A stretch of 64,000 bases of DNA from Promethearchaeota archaeon (GCA_048940925.1 JBHLOC010000022.1:1-64000), one strand, 5' to 3'; shown: positions 20,863 to 30,934, counted from the first letter of the stretch. Made by a program: numbers and translations. Notes: generated from the sequence alone by a model not told the origin.

Positions 20863-22194
20863 ATGAAAGAAACAAAAGAAGTATATTTAGTAGACCATGT
20901 AAGGACACCATTTTCTCAAGCAAATCCTCTAGATCCCGACGATGACGTTTTTAGTAAAAAGTGGGGTACCGAACTTGCAGCTCATGTTTTGAGGGATATG
21001 TTTGACACCCGAATACCAAGCAAAGGCAGTACACTCAAACGTGAGAACGTTAGTGAGGTTCTGGTTGGCGGTACTTTATTACAACATGAACATGGAACAT
21101 TTGGGGGAAGAATGCCCGGATTTATGACAAAATTTCCCTTCCATGTACCTGCAACGGTATTCGATAAACAAGACTGTTCTGGTATGACAACTTTACATGT
21201 TGGATTTGGAAATATTGCATTGGGTTATTCTAATGTAGTAGTAACTATAGGTTTTGATCAATTTACTCGAGTGCCATTACACAATTATGATGGAAAAGTA
21301 AAAGTATTTGGAATTCCCCCAGATAAACTGATGCTTGATCCAGAGAATAAATGGTATAATGATGATTTATATGATTGGAAAACTAGTCGTCTATTATTTC
21401 AGGCAGCACAAAAACTTGCGGAGGAAGAAGCAGATCTATTTACTAAAGATGAATTGGATAAATTTAGTGTACGAAGTCACAATCTAGCAGAAAAAGCTCA
21501 GGAAAATGGATATTTCAAAGAAGAAATTATGGGTATTAAAGGACATAAAGTAGGAGATCCTGATAATGAAATTGAGATCGAAAAAGATCAATCTATTAAA
21601 AAAGCAGCTACACTAGAAAATATTACTAATGCACCCTCTATAAGCATTCCTGGATGGGCAGGTGGCTATAAAAATCCTATACTCACAAAAGATGAATATG
21701 TCGCGAAATTTGGGACAGATAAGGGTATTATAACAACGGGAAATAGCTCTCCTTTGTGTGATGGAGCGTCACTTTGTTTGCTAACATCTAAAGAAGCTCT
21801 TAAAGAATACAACCTAAAACCCATGTCTAAAGTAGTCTCGATTGGTTTTGCAGGAGTAGATCCAACTGTACGTGGACGAGGGATAGTACCAGCAGCTCAA
21901 ATGGCTTTAAAGCATGCAAATTTAAAAGCGGATGAAATAGATTATTGGGAAATTAATGAATCCTTTAGTGTTGTTGCACTATATGCTGCTAATAAATTAG
22001 GAATTGATTGGGAAAATAAGATGAATATTCATGGGGGTGCAATATCAATTGGTAATCCAGCATCTGCTACCAGCTTGAGGATTACGACAACATTAGCCAG
22101 AATACTAAAAGAGAAAAAGGCAAAATATGGACTTGCAGCTATGTCGTGTGGTGGTGGTCAGGGAACAGCTGTGATAATTGAAAATTTAGATTAA
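20863..22194 (+). CDS. Thiolase-fold protein with substituted catalytic residues (probable pseudo-thiolase)
   Basis: Full-length thiolase alignment, but DKQDCSG, NESF, GNP, MSCGGGQG at the catalytic motifs. Confidence 0.85.
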   Translation: MKETKEVYLVDHVRTPFSQANPLDPDDDVFSKKWGTELAAHVLRDMFDTRIPSKGSTLKRENVSEVLVGGTLLQHEHGTFGGRMPGFMTKFPFHVPATVFDKQDCSGMTTLHVGFGNIALGYSNVVVTIGFDQFTRVPLHNYDGKVKVFGIPPDKLMLDPENKWYNDDLYDWKTSRLLFQAAQKLAEEEADLFTKDELDKFSVRSHNLAEKAQENGYFKEEIMGIKGHKVGDPDNEIEIEKDQSIKKAATLENITNAPSISIPGWAGGYKNPILTKDEYVAKFGTDKGIITTGNSSPLCDGASLCLLTSKEALKEYNLKPMSKVVSIGFAGVDPTVRGRGIVPAAQMALKHANLKADEIDYWEINESFSVVALYAANKLGIDWENKMNIHGGAISIGNPASATSLRITTTLARILKEKKAKYGLAAMSCGGGQGTAVIIENLD

Positions 22195-22240
22195 TAAAAT
22201 AAAATATGAGGTTAAAATAATAAAAAGAGGTATAAAAATT

Positions 22241-23545
22241 ATGAAAATAAGAGAAGTATACATTACAGATTATATTAGAACACCATTTTCAAGATCTCGA
22301 CCAAGAGAACCACCAAGAGATGTTCTTGGAAATTTACGTCCCGATGTAATGACTGCTTTAACATTAACGGAAATGTTTGATAATCGATTAAAAGATAAAG
22401 TTAAACCCGAAGATGTAGATGAGTTTTATATTGGGGCTACTCATTTTAATAATGAGTATGTAACTTTTGGAGGAAGATATCCCATATTTTTAGCGAAATT
22501 TCCAGCAAAAGTATCATCTGTTGCATTAGATAGAGCTTGTGGCTCAGGAATGACAGCTGCTTCAGTAGGATATGATAATATTGCTTTGGGATATTCTGAT
22601 GTTGTAATAGCTTCGGGGAAGAATAATGCTACTATGTCACGATCAAGACCTCCGACGGTAAGAGAACCAAACCCTGCTATGTTGAAAGGACATGAATTTT
22701 TTGTTGATGATGTTGTTGACTTCCGTTGCGCATATTCAATGTTACAAACCGCACAAAAACTCCATGAAGTGAATGCAAACATATTTTCAAAAGAAGATAA
22801 TGATAGATTTGCAGTTCGCAGTCATCAATTAGCCGCGAAAGCTCAAGAAGAAGGATTTTTCAAGGGGGAAATTGTCCCTATTATGGGACACATAGAAGGA
22901 GATGAGGATACTCCATTATTAATTGAACATGATACATCAGTAAGAAAAAATGCTACATATGAGGGCACAAAAGATTTAAGGGGATTAACCACCCCTGGAT
23001 GGGCTGGTGGATACTATAATCCACTTTTAACTAAAGAAGAATACATTGAAATATTTGGAACAGACCAAGGCTTAGTAACTGCGGGAAATTCATGTCCAAC
23101 AAATGCAGGAGCAGCAACCTTATTGTTGATGTCAGAAGAAGCCATGAAGAAACATGATCTAGATCCATTAGTACGCATTGTTTCTATTGGATTTGGAGCG
23201 GTTGATCCTACTGTTATGGGAAGAGGTCCAGTTCCAGCATCCTGGATGGCATTAAAGCATGCAGGATTAACAACTGATGATATTGACCTTTTTGAAATCA
23301 ATGAGGCATTTGCTATTGTAGCTCTAAACTGGATCCATGAGATGGGATTAGATAGTCGAATTGATGATATAAACATTAAAGGTGGTGGCATTTCCATAGG
23401 TCATCCGATCGCAGCAACAGGTCCCAGAATAGTTGGTACATTAGCAAGAATCTTAAAAGAGAAGAATGCTCAACTTGGCCTTGCTACGATGTGCTGTGGT
23501 GGAGGTCAAGGAACTGCTATGATACTTGAGAATACAGATGTTTAA
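22241..23545 (+). CDS. Acetyl-CoA C-acyltransferase (thiolase), catalytic residues intact
   Basis: DRACGSG, NEAF, GHP, CCGGGQG. Confidence 0.93.
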   Translation: MKIREVYITDYIRTPFSRSRPREPPRDVLGNLRPDVMTALTLTEMFDNRLKDKVKPEDVDEFYIGATHFNNEYVTFGGRYPIFLAKFPAKVSSVALDRACGSGMTAASVGYDNIALGYSDVVIASGKNNATMSRSRPPTVREPNPAMLKGHEFFVDDVVDFRCAYSMLQTAQKLHEVNANIFSKEDNDRFAVRSHQLAAKAQEEGFFKGEIVPIMGHIEGDEDTPLLIEHDTSVRKNATYEGTKDLRGLTTPGWAGGYYNPLLTKEEYIEIFGTDQGLVTAGNSCPTNAGAATLLLMSEEAMKKHDLDPLVRIVSIGFGAVDPTVMGRGPVPASWMALKHAGLTTDDIDLFEINEAFAIVALNWIHEMGLDSRIDDINIKGGGISIGHPIAATGPRIVGTLARILKEKNAQLGLATMCCGGGQGTAMILENTDV

Positions 23546-23554
23546 AAATCATCA

Positions 23555-23564
23555 TTTTTTTTTT
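23555..23564 (+). terminator. Oligo-T terminator candidate between convergent genes
   Basis: T10 tract 10 nt after the thiolase stop. Confidence 0.5.
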
Positions 23565-23600
23565 ATAGAAGAAGTATTGAAATGTAAGGAAAAAAAAGGT

Positions 23601-24185
23601 TTATAATCTATTTTTTGGTCTTGAGGGTATATAATAGACTAATGGATTAGTACCTACTTCTGGTTTAAGTTGAAATAACCCATTTTTAGTTAATTTTTTT
23701 GATACAATACTATCAGGGTTATTTAAGTCTCCAAAAAATAACGCCTGACCTTCACAACAAATTACACAGAAAGGTTCAAGTCCTTGATCAATCCTATGAG
23801 CACAAAAATTGCACTTTCGCGCAAGGTTACTCTCATCTTCAAATACAATGATATTATATGGACATGCTGCTAAACATAATTGACACCCAGTACATAGTTC
23901 TTGGTCTAATATAACAATCCCATCATTTCTTTTTTGCAGAGCTTCCTCAGGACAAGATTCAACGCAAGGTGGGTTCTCACAATGATTGCATAATTTAGGA
24001 AGGAAATCCAATGTCAAATTTGGAAAGCTTCCCCCGGGAGTATCCTTCACATCACTACCTTGTGTTTCAACCTTTATCCAATAATCAGTTGTATTATTTT
24101 CAATTTTACATGCTATACTACATGCTTCACATCCGATACATCTTTCTTGGTCAATAACCATTCCTAATTGTTTTACTTTACTCAT
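23601..24185 (-). CDS. 4Fe-4S dicluster subunit (DmsB/NrfC/PsrB-like)
   Basis: CIGCEACSIACK, CNHCENPPCVESCP, CTGCQLCLAACP, KCNFC, GTNPLVYY. Confidence 0.92.
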   Translation of the reverse strand: MSKVKQLGMVIDQERCIGCEACSIACKIENNTTDYWIKVETQGSDVKDTPGGSFPNLTLDFLPKLCNHCENPPCVESCPEEALQKRNDGIVILDQELCTGCQLCLAACPYNIIVFEDESNLARKCNFCAHRIDQGLEPFCVICCEGQALFFGDLNNPDSIVSKKLTKNGLFQLKPEVGTNPLVYYIPSRPKNRL

Positions 24186-26446
24186 TTAATTTCACCCTCA
24201 CTTTTTATTATTTCAACAGCAACATCATTCATATGCATATTTGGTTCATAGACTTTATCCTGTACAGGATTAATAATGTCATGTGTTAAATGATTCAGAC
24301 TTCCCTCTCTAAATTGCTCTATCCACCAACCTTCCGTAATATCAACCACTCCAGGTTTAACACCTTCAGTTACTCTAGCTTTCAGTGTTGTTCGAGCTCT
24401 ATCATTATAGACGGTAACCAAATCACCAGTTATTATATTTCGCTCAGTAGCATTAATTGGATGAATATCCACTATTGGCTCAGGATTTAAATCTAATAAA
24501 GATTGCACATTAGCAAACATAGAATGTGTACGAAAACGACTATGACCATTAATAAGTGTCAAGGGGTATTTCCTTATACCTGGAGTTATCGGAGCTTCAA
24601 TTGGAGGAAGATAAACGGGAAGAGCTTCTCCATCATCATATAGCTGTTCTGTGTATAGTTCGATTTTTCTTGAAGGTGTATTAAAACTTAGAGGAAACTT
24701 TGCCCCTTCTGGAAGCTTCGGTAACCTCATAGCTTGGGTCTTCAGCGTGTCTCGAGTGATCCCTTCAAAGGTGCGTGTTGCCATAATAAGATCTATTAGT
24801 CCTTCTTCTCCACCTTTGAAATATTCTCCAAATCCAAGTCGTTCAGCAAGTTCAGCTACAATATTAACATCAGATTTAGATTCATATAAAGGTTCAATTA
24901 TTTTTTGTTGGAATTGTACATAAGGATATGGTTGAGCTAGAAAATCTGAAAATTCTAAAAAACTACAAACAGGAAGAATTAAATCGGCATATCGAGCAGA
25001 AGGAGTCATGAATAATTCAGTTTGTACAATAAATTCTAATTTAGGATAGAATTCATTAATTATTTTATTAGAATTAGCACACTGATTTAAGAAGTTAATG
25101 AAAGCAAACCAGAGAGCCTTTATTGGGTAAGGCTTCCCAGAGATCACAGCATCATATAGGTTTAGGATTCCAAGTCTATGGAAGCTAGGTTTATCAGGGA
25201 TGGCCTTAAGAAAAGGGTTCCAATTTAAAATTGCTGGTATATATCCTGAACTTACTGATGTAGTTATATTACCAGTAATAGCAGCTACAGAAATCACTCC
25301 TCTTAAAGAGATATCTCCATGATATGTCCTTGTAAAACCCATATGAGTTAAAAACACGACTTTTTTGGAGTTGCCAATTCTTTTAGCTAATTTAATTATA
25401 AGATTTTTATCAACTCCTGTAATTTCGGCAGTTCTTTCGGGAGTGTATTCAGATGTTAATTCAATCAATAATTGAAGTACTGGTTTACATTCAATTCTAT
25501 TTATAGTGTAAGTTCCAGTAAGATTTGCATCTTTTACATTTGAACGAGTTAGTGTTTTATAAGAATTAGAAGGTTCATGCCATATAATATAAGCATCTGA
25601 TTTTTTAGCATCAACGTCTTTTCCTCGTAACATTTTTCCATTATCAGTTCTTACCAAATAAGGTCCATTTGTGTGTTCTAAAATGAATTTTTTATCATGT
25701 AATTCATTTTGAAATATAAAATTCATAACACCTAGCGCTAAAGCACTATCTGTTCCAGGATTTAGACCAATATAATCATCAGCTTTTGATGCTGTAACTG
25801 TGAAACGAGGATCTACTACAATAACTTGAGTTCCTTGTTCTTTAGCATCCATTATTTTTCTCATATTTTGTAAAGGCATGGATTCAGCGGGGTTTGTAGC
25901 CCATATCATTAACAATTCAGGGTATTTCCTCTGCCAAAATTCCCCATGCAAATGCATATAAGGAAATTGGTGTCCTAAAATTATTCTACTTCCACAGGGT
26001 AAGCCTGCATCTCCATACCCCCATGCGCTCACGCGTGTACTCTGAGTTAGACTAGCTAATCTCAAGTATGCTCCAAATTTGGTGGTACCAGCACCAGGCC
26101 CCCCTAATACCCATCCAATCGATTTCCATCCATATTTCTCAGATAGTTCTTTAAATTTAGAGACAATAATCTCATAAGCTTCATCCCATGATATTCGCTT
26201 AAATTTTCCCTCTCCACGTTCACCAACCCGTATCATAGGATATTTAATCCGATCTGGGTGATAAGTAATATCTAAACTAAGGAGACCACGTAAGCAAATT
26301 CTTTTTTCCTTTTCATCAGGGAACTCTGCAGGTTCTAACTTAACAATGCGATCTCCCTTTACATGAGCTAATATTCCACAGCAATCTATTCCACAATGAG
26401 CAGGACAAGCTGTCCTTATAATTTTAATATTTTCATTTTTTACCAT
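24182..26446 (-). CDS. Molybdopterin oxidoreductase catalytic subunit (DMSO reductase superfamily), no Tat signal
   Basis: CPAHCGIDCC...ICLRG, HPDRIKYPM, NPAES, PGTDSALA, RFRTHS. Confidence 0.9.
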   Translation of the reverse strand: MVKNENIKIIRTACPAHCGIDCCGILAHVKGDRIVKLEPAEFPDEKEKRICLRGLLSLDITYHPDRIKYPMIRVGERGEGKFKRISWDEAYEIIVSKFKELSEKYGWKSIGWVLGGPGAGTTKFGAYLRLASLTQSTRVSAWGYGDAGLPCGSRIILGHQFPYMHLHGEFWQRKYPELLMIWATNPAESMPLQNMRKIMDAKEQGTQVIVVDPRFTVTASKADDYIGLNPGTDSALALGVMNFIFQNELHDKKFILEHTNGPYLVRTDNGKMLRGKDVDAKKSDAYIIWHEPSNSYKTLTRSNVKDANLTGTYTINRIECKPVLQLLIELTSEYTPERTAEITGVDKNLIIKLAKRIGNSKKVVFLTHMGFTRTYHGDISLRGVISVAAITGNITTSVSSGYIPAILNWNPFLKAIPDKPSFHRLGILNLYDAVISGKPYPIKALWFAFINFLNQCANSNKIINEFYPKLEFIVQTELFMTPSARYADLILPVCSFLEFSDFLAQPYPYVQFQQKIIEPLYESKSDVNIVAELAERLGFGEYFKGGEEGLIDLIMATRTFEGITRDTLKTQAMRLPKLPEGAKFPLSFNTPSRKIELYTEQLYDDGEALPVYLPPIEAPITPGIRKYPLTLINGHSRFRTHSMFANVQSLLDLNPEPIVDIHPINATERNIITGDLVTVYNDRARTTLKARVTEGVKPGVVDITEGWWIEQFREGSLNHLTHDIINPVQDKVYEPNMHMNDVAVEIIKSEGEIK

Positions 26447-26921
26447 CTTAAATCTCTAAAACCTAAGTTTTTCAATAAATACTTAAAAATATTAGTAAAG
26501 ATAATGAAAAGATTATTATAATTATTATTAGAAAGATTAAAGAAAAGTAAAACTATACTCTTAGAACTTAGCTAAAAGAAAGGTTAAAATAATTTTGACT
26601 TCAGAGGAAATGAAATCTTTATTCCAAACGATTAAGATCAGAAATGGTTTACAAACTAAAAGAAAAATAGAAGTCATTCATAAAGGTTATTTTCTAGATT
26701 ATACTCTCTAAATAAATACAGGACAAGTCAAATCATGAATTCATTTTTGGATTTCTAATTTTGATATTTAATATTTTACTCCAATTTATCTTTAAATATT
26801 CAGCTACTTATCACTTTTTATAGATTTTGATGATGAAAAATATTATAAATAAAAGAAAATTACAAAATCAAATTACGGTAGTAGGGATTAAAAAGTTTAT
26901 AAAATTCAATGTGAGGAGAAC

Positions 26922-27143
26922 ATGACAATAGCTAAAGGTAAAATAACTAGTAAAAAGTCTGGTAATGGGGGGTATAAGAGTCTATGGATCTATATTCCAA
27001 GTAAAATTAGTAAAGATATTTCTTTTCCCTTTGAGGATAATGAAGAAGTACTAGTAGAAATAGAAGATAGATCTTTAGTTATCAGTAAAAATGATGAAAT
27101 TTCCAAAATTGTTAAAGATCAAGAGTCAAAGAGTAATACTTAG
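26922..27143 (+). CDS. Small AbrB/SpoVT-like (swapped-hairpin) protein, or the N-terminal remnant of a longer gene
   Basis: SLWIYIPSKIS...FPFEDNEEVLVEIEDRSLVI pattern; GAGGAG SD upstream. Confidence 0.6.
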   Translation: MTIAKGKITSKKSGNGGYKSLWIYIPSKISKDISFPFEDNEEVLVEIEDRSLVISKNDEISKIVKDQESKSNT

Positions 27144-27284
27144 GATACTCAAAAACGAGATTTTGTGAAATGAAGTTATTATAACTTTTCGAATGTAAAT
27201 AACCTTTTATTAATTCATTAAAATGAAAAGAATTTAAATTTATAAAATACTTTTAAAAACTAACTTTAAAATTACACCTAAAAT

Positions 27285-27815
27285 GTGAGTTTTCGAAATA
27301 TGGTTAGCGAACATACAACTGACCAAGAATATACTAAAGAAAAAGGGCATATCAAAATAGACTGGGGAAGACAAGGAGGAGTTATTGCAGCTTATATAGT
27401 TCTTCTCTTAGGTTATTATGGAATAATTGCAAATACAATGATGTTTGATGAATATGGTCACTGGATACCTTTCACTGAAATGGATAGGACCATCCTCTTT
27501 TGGACATATACTACTTATTTACATAATTTCTTTTTACCTGCACTTTTATTGTTTTTTGTATGTTTTATATTAACATATAAAGAAGATATTCCCCACTATG
27601 GAATTAAAGCTTCATTATGGGTAGTACCACTCATCATCGCTGAAGGATTCATCTTCTATACTGTGATGTTTGGCTTCACATCTGAACCTACATATCTCAA
27701 ATTTGGTCGCATTGAAGGGTACCTTGATATCATTATTTTATTCGGATTGGCGCTTTCTGGGGCAATAAGTGGTATGAAACTAAAACAGTATATTGAACAA
27801 AGAAGAGAAGTCTAA
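27285..27815 (+). CDS. Uncharacterised membrane protein, about 4 TM segments
   Basis: Four hydrophobic stretches; adjacent to the ABC locus. Confidence 0.75.
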   Translation: MSFRNMVSEHTTDQEYTKEKGHIKIDWGRQGGVIAAYIVLLLGYYGIIANTMMFDEYGHWIPFTEMDRTILFWTYTTYLHNFFLPALLLFFVCFILTYKEDIPHYGIKASLWVVPLIIAEGFIFYTVMFGFTSEPTYLKFGRIEGYLDIIILFGLALSGAISGMKLKQYIEQRREV

Positions 27816-28033
27816 TTACATCTAGATCTTATATAAATTTTTGGTCATTCAGTTAATTTCAATAAAGAACTTTCATCTAATAATCAATTAGATACGATTT
27901 CATATATTTCTCTAAATTTCTGTTGACCACAATTGAAATATATATATTTAATGGAAATTCCATATTATTAATTAAAAAGGTAATAAAAATTAAAAAAAAA
28001 TAATTTATTTAGAATTTTACTTAATGCCAAGTT

Positions 28034-30466
28034 TTAACTGAGCTTTTTCTTTCTCATCATTGCATAAATAATACCAATCATCGATACCGCTGAGATTGTC
28101 AATGTAATAATCAATGGAGATGCTGGAATTAGAGGTGGTTTTTCTGGAAGTCCAACATATTTTATTAACTGAAAAGTTGGTAATTCAACTTCATAATAGA
28201 AGGCAGGCTGTCCGTCTCTATTATTCATTAAGAATGTCTCCCAATCTTTCCATAAAACTGCTCCACCTTTTAGTTGATAGGCGTAGATATATGGATACAA
28301 TTCATTACATAATTTATTAGCCATTTTACTTACCATTTCGTATTTATGGAATGATGTTGACACAAACATTTCCAATATCCAGCGAGTAATATTTTCATCA
28401 AAACAGAATACACGATTATAAGCAGGATAAATCGGATCCCTTGGTGTCATATAATAAGCTTGAATCCAACCCTCTGGAATCGTCCTAGGTATGTATAGAT
28501 ACGAAATATACGCATGAGCTGAAAAAATCGAATGTGTACCATCAAAAGTGTCACTCCAATAGTAACGGAGTGTATCATAAACAAGTCCTGTCACTTTATT
28601 TTTCCCAGTTTCAACTCCTTCGCTAAAACCCACTCCAATATTCTTACAAGCCTCCTCAAAAACATTCTTTATATCTTCCACACTATCATCCCAGTACAAA
28701 TTAAGAACAAAAATGGGATCAGTCTCAGCAACCTGTTGCCAATCAGCATCCGTGCTAGCGGAAGTTAAACCTCTCTCAGCGCATCGTTGACTAAAATTAT
28801 AATTGAATGCCCCTGGTGTTTTTGTATAATTATCCTCTTCGGTTGTAAGTAAAAGCTCTCGTGCATAGTTAAGATTAAAATCAGCCATTGGCACACTCGC
28901 ATTATAAAAAATGTTTCCGCGGTATACTATGTTTCCAGGTCGAACAGCGCGACCATCTAACACAGTATTAATCATTTTATCATAATCAAATGCATAATTC
29001 AGTGCTTTACGCAGTGCTCGAGGAACCCCTGCACAAGGTTCTTTATCAGAATAGAAGCTGTATGAAGCGCGTCTATACGAATCATAGCCTAACATGGGAT
29101 CAGCCCAATATGATTCATTGATGCAATTCAATGCAATAAGAATAGCATAATTTGTAGGATAACCTTCTATATACTCTATATTCTTATTCGCCATAACTGC
29201 ATCATAATCTATTGGTGTATTAAAAGTATCAAAAGCACAATCTACTGCATGAGTCAAAACTCCAGTATTCAATGCATCTAAACCTACTGAACCTATAGGA
29301 AATCTGATAATCTCGAGTCTATCAATATCAAACCAACCGTCTTCTTCAAGAGCAGTTTTATTCCAATAATCTTCAAACTTTACCATATAACCCCCCATAG
29401 CAGTAGCTGATTCAGAATACGATACATACTTGTAGGGACCTGTACCAATACAATGATCAACGATTGTAGGATTCTTTGGATGTCGAATATACGAGGGACC
29501 TACACCGTATTCATCGTTTTTGTAACCATAAATTCCTCTCCCCGTATAATTTTTATAATAAGCGGCATATGAAATTTTTTGTGGTGTCCAAAGACCACCT
29601 ACTCCTCCATAGGTATTCCAACGATTAAAAATAACATCAATCTTTCCTCCTGATTTCTTATTTTCAGTTATTTTTACTTCTTTGATAATTGGATACCTGT
29701 CATACATTGCATAATGGATTGCACTACCGCCTTTCCATCCACCCCAAGGGTCAGGATTTCTAACAACTCCATTTTCATCAGCAGTGACTCCGGGGTATTT
29801 TGTATCTTTCCCAATTATGTAGCCCGCATACCATGAAGGATCTGGTGTAGAGGGGCCATCTACTCCATCTTCATCGAGAGTTGGTGCAGCATATTCGGAT
29901 ATATTATAATCTTTACTTTGTGACATCCACCAATCATCAACCGAATCCCAAAGTGAGGTATACCCTGACATAGAATAGCCTGTACCTTCACCGGTTAAAT
30001 TACCTGTGATCAGATATAATCGATCGATGTTCCACTTAAATACAGTAGCATTCCAATCAGAGCCATCATGGAATTTCACCCCTTCTCTAAGCGTAAAACT
30101 TATTACTCTTCTTCCACCGGAATTATTAAATCCATAAAGATTTTCTTCCACCGGTCGCCACGTTGTCTCCCAATCAGTAACAAGGATACCTTTCCACTCC
30201 TCCTCTCTTGTTTTATTTCCAATACCTCCGTCGTATGCTGCGTTTAATCCATAAGGATACTCACAAGCTATTGGAAAGAAATGAGTGAATATGACGCCTC
30301 CTACGGATATTGCAGGGTCCCAATTATCTGGACCTGCGGCGGATACGCCATATCTAAAAATTTTTATTTCCTCTTCTTTTTGAGCTTTAGCTATAGTAGG
30401 AAGAAAAGGTAATATCATAGAACTCAATAATAGAACAGACACTAAAATCTTTGAAAATTTTTTCAT
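28034..30466 (-). CDS. ABC transporter substrate-binding protein, family 5 (OppA/DppA-like), enlarged, with signal peptide and C-terminal membrane anchor
   Basis: FTLREGVKFHDGSDWNA, IGTGPYK, LRKALNYAFD; N-terminal signal peptide; C-terminal TM followed by RKKK. Confidence 0.88.
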   Translation of the reverse strand: MKKFSKILVSVLLLSSMILPFLPTIAKAQKEEEIKIFRYGVSAAGPDNWDPAISVGGVIFTHFFPIACEYPYGLNAAYDGGIGNKTREEEWKGILVTDWETTWRPVEENLYGFNNSGGRRVISFTLREGVKFHDGSDWNATVFKWNIDRLYLITGNLTGEGTGYSMSGYTSLWDSVDDWWMSQSKDYNISEYAAPTLDEDGVDGPSTPDPSWYAGYIIGKDTKYPGVTADENGVVRNPDPWGGWKGGSAIHYAMYDRYPIIKEVKITENKKSGGKIDVIFNRWNTYGGVGGLWTPQKISYAAYYKNYTGRGIYGYKNDEYGVGPSYIRHPKNPTIVDHCIGTGPYKYVSYSESATAMGGYMVKFEDYWNKTALEEDGWFDIDRLEIIRFPIGSVGLDALNTGVLTHAVDCAFDTFNTPIDYDAVMANKNIEYIEGYPTNYAILIALNCINESYWADPMLGYDSYRRASYSFYSDKEPCAGVPRALRKALNYAFDYDKMINTVLDGRAVRPGNIVYRGNIFYNASVPMADFNLNYARELLLTTEEDNYTKTPGAFNYNFSQRCAERGLTSASTDADWQQVAETDPIFVLNLYWDDSVEDIKNVFEEACKNIGVGFSEGVETGKNKVTGLVYDTLRYYWSDTFDGTHSIFSAHAYISYLYIPRTIPEGWIQAYYMTPRDPIYPAYNRVFCFDENITRWILEMFVSTSFHKYEMVSKMANKLCNELYPYIYAYQLKGGAVLWKDWETFLMNNRDGQPAFYYEVELPTFQLIKYVGLPEKPPLIPASPLIITLTISAVSMIGIIYAMMRKKKLS

Positions 30467-30934
30467 ATTTTTCTTCTCGTTAGTTCTAATTTAAAATTAT
30501 AATTTTTTTTTTTGATCATTCTACCTTAGCAAAAAAATTCTTGGTAGAATATAATATAAAATTACATCAACAACATATTTAAATATTATAACAATTTCGA
30601 CAGAAAAAATGTGATTTCTGAAAAAAATGTTAATAATAAAGAGAAAAAGACAAATTTTAATAATTTCTTAACTTAACTTGATTTTTTTTCTCTTCATATG
30701 GTGAATACAGGGAATAATAAATCCGGAGGAAACATTTGGGAAAATATCTAAACAAGATTCCAGGATAAGAAAGAATTCTTCAAGAAATCCAATATATTAC
30801 ATGAAATGAACTGAAATACACCCATAAGATCTCGTTGTTTCCTTAAATATTCAGATATTTAGAAATTATTCTTATTTCTAAATGAGAGATTAAATAAAGA
30901 AAAAAAAATTTGGATTTTATGAATTCAAAATAAA

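Noticed and set aside
5019-26446. Selenocysteine recoding in the Mo enzymes or Fe-S proteins
   Set aside because: All are full-length open frames with no internal TGA; terminal TGAs occur at the expected protein ends
26560-26712. Short frame KVKIILTSEEMKSLFQTI resembling the start of a tyrosine recombinase catalytic domain
   Set aside because: Too short, with no catalytic R/H/Y motifs and no att-like context
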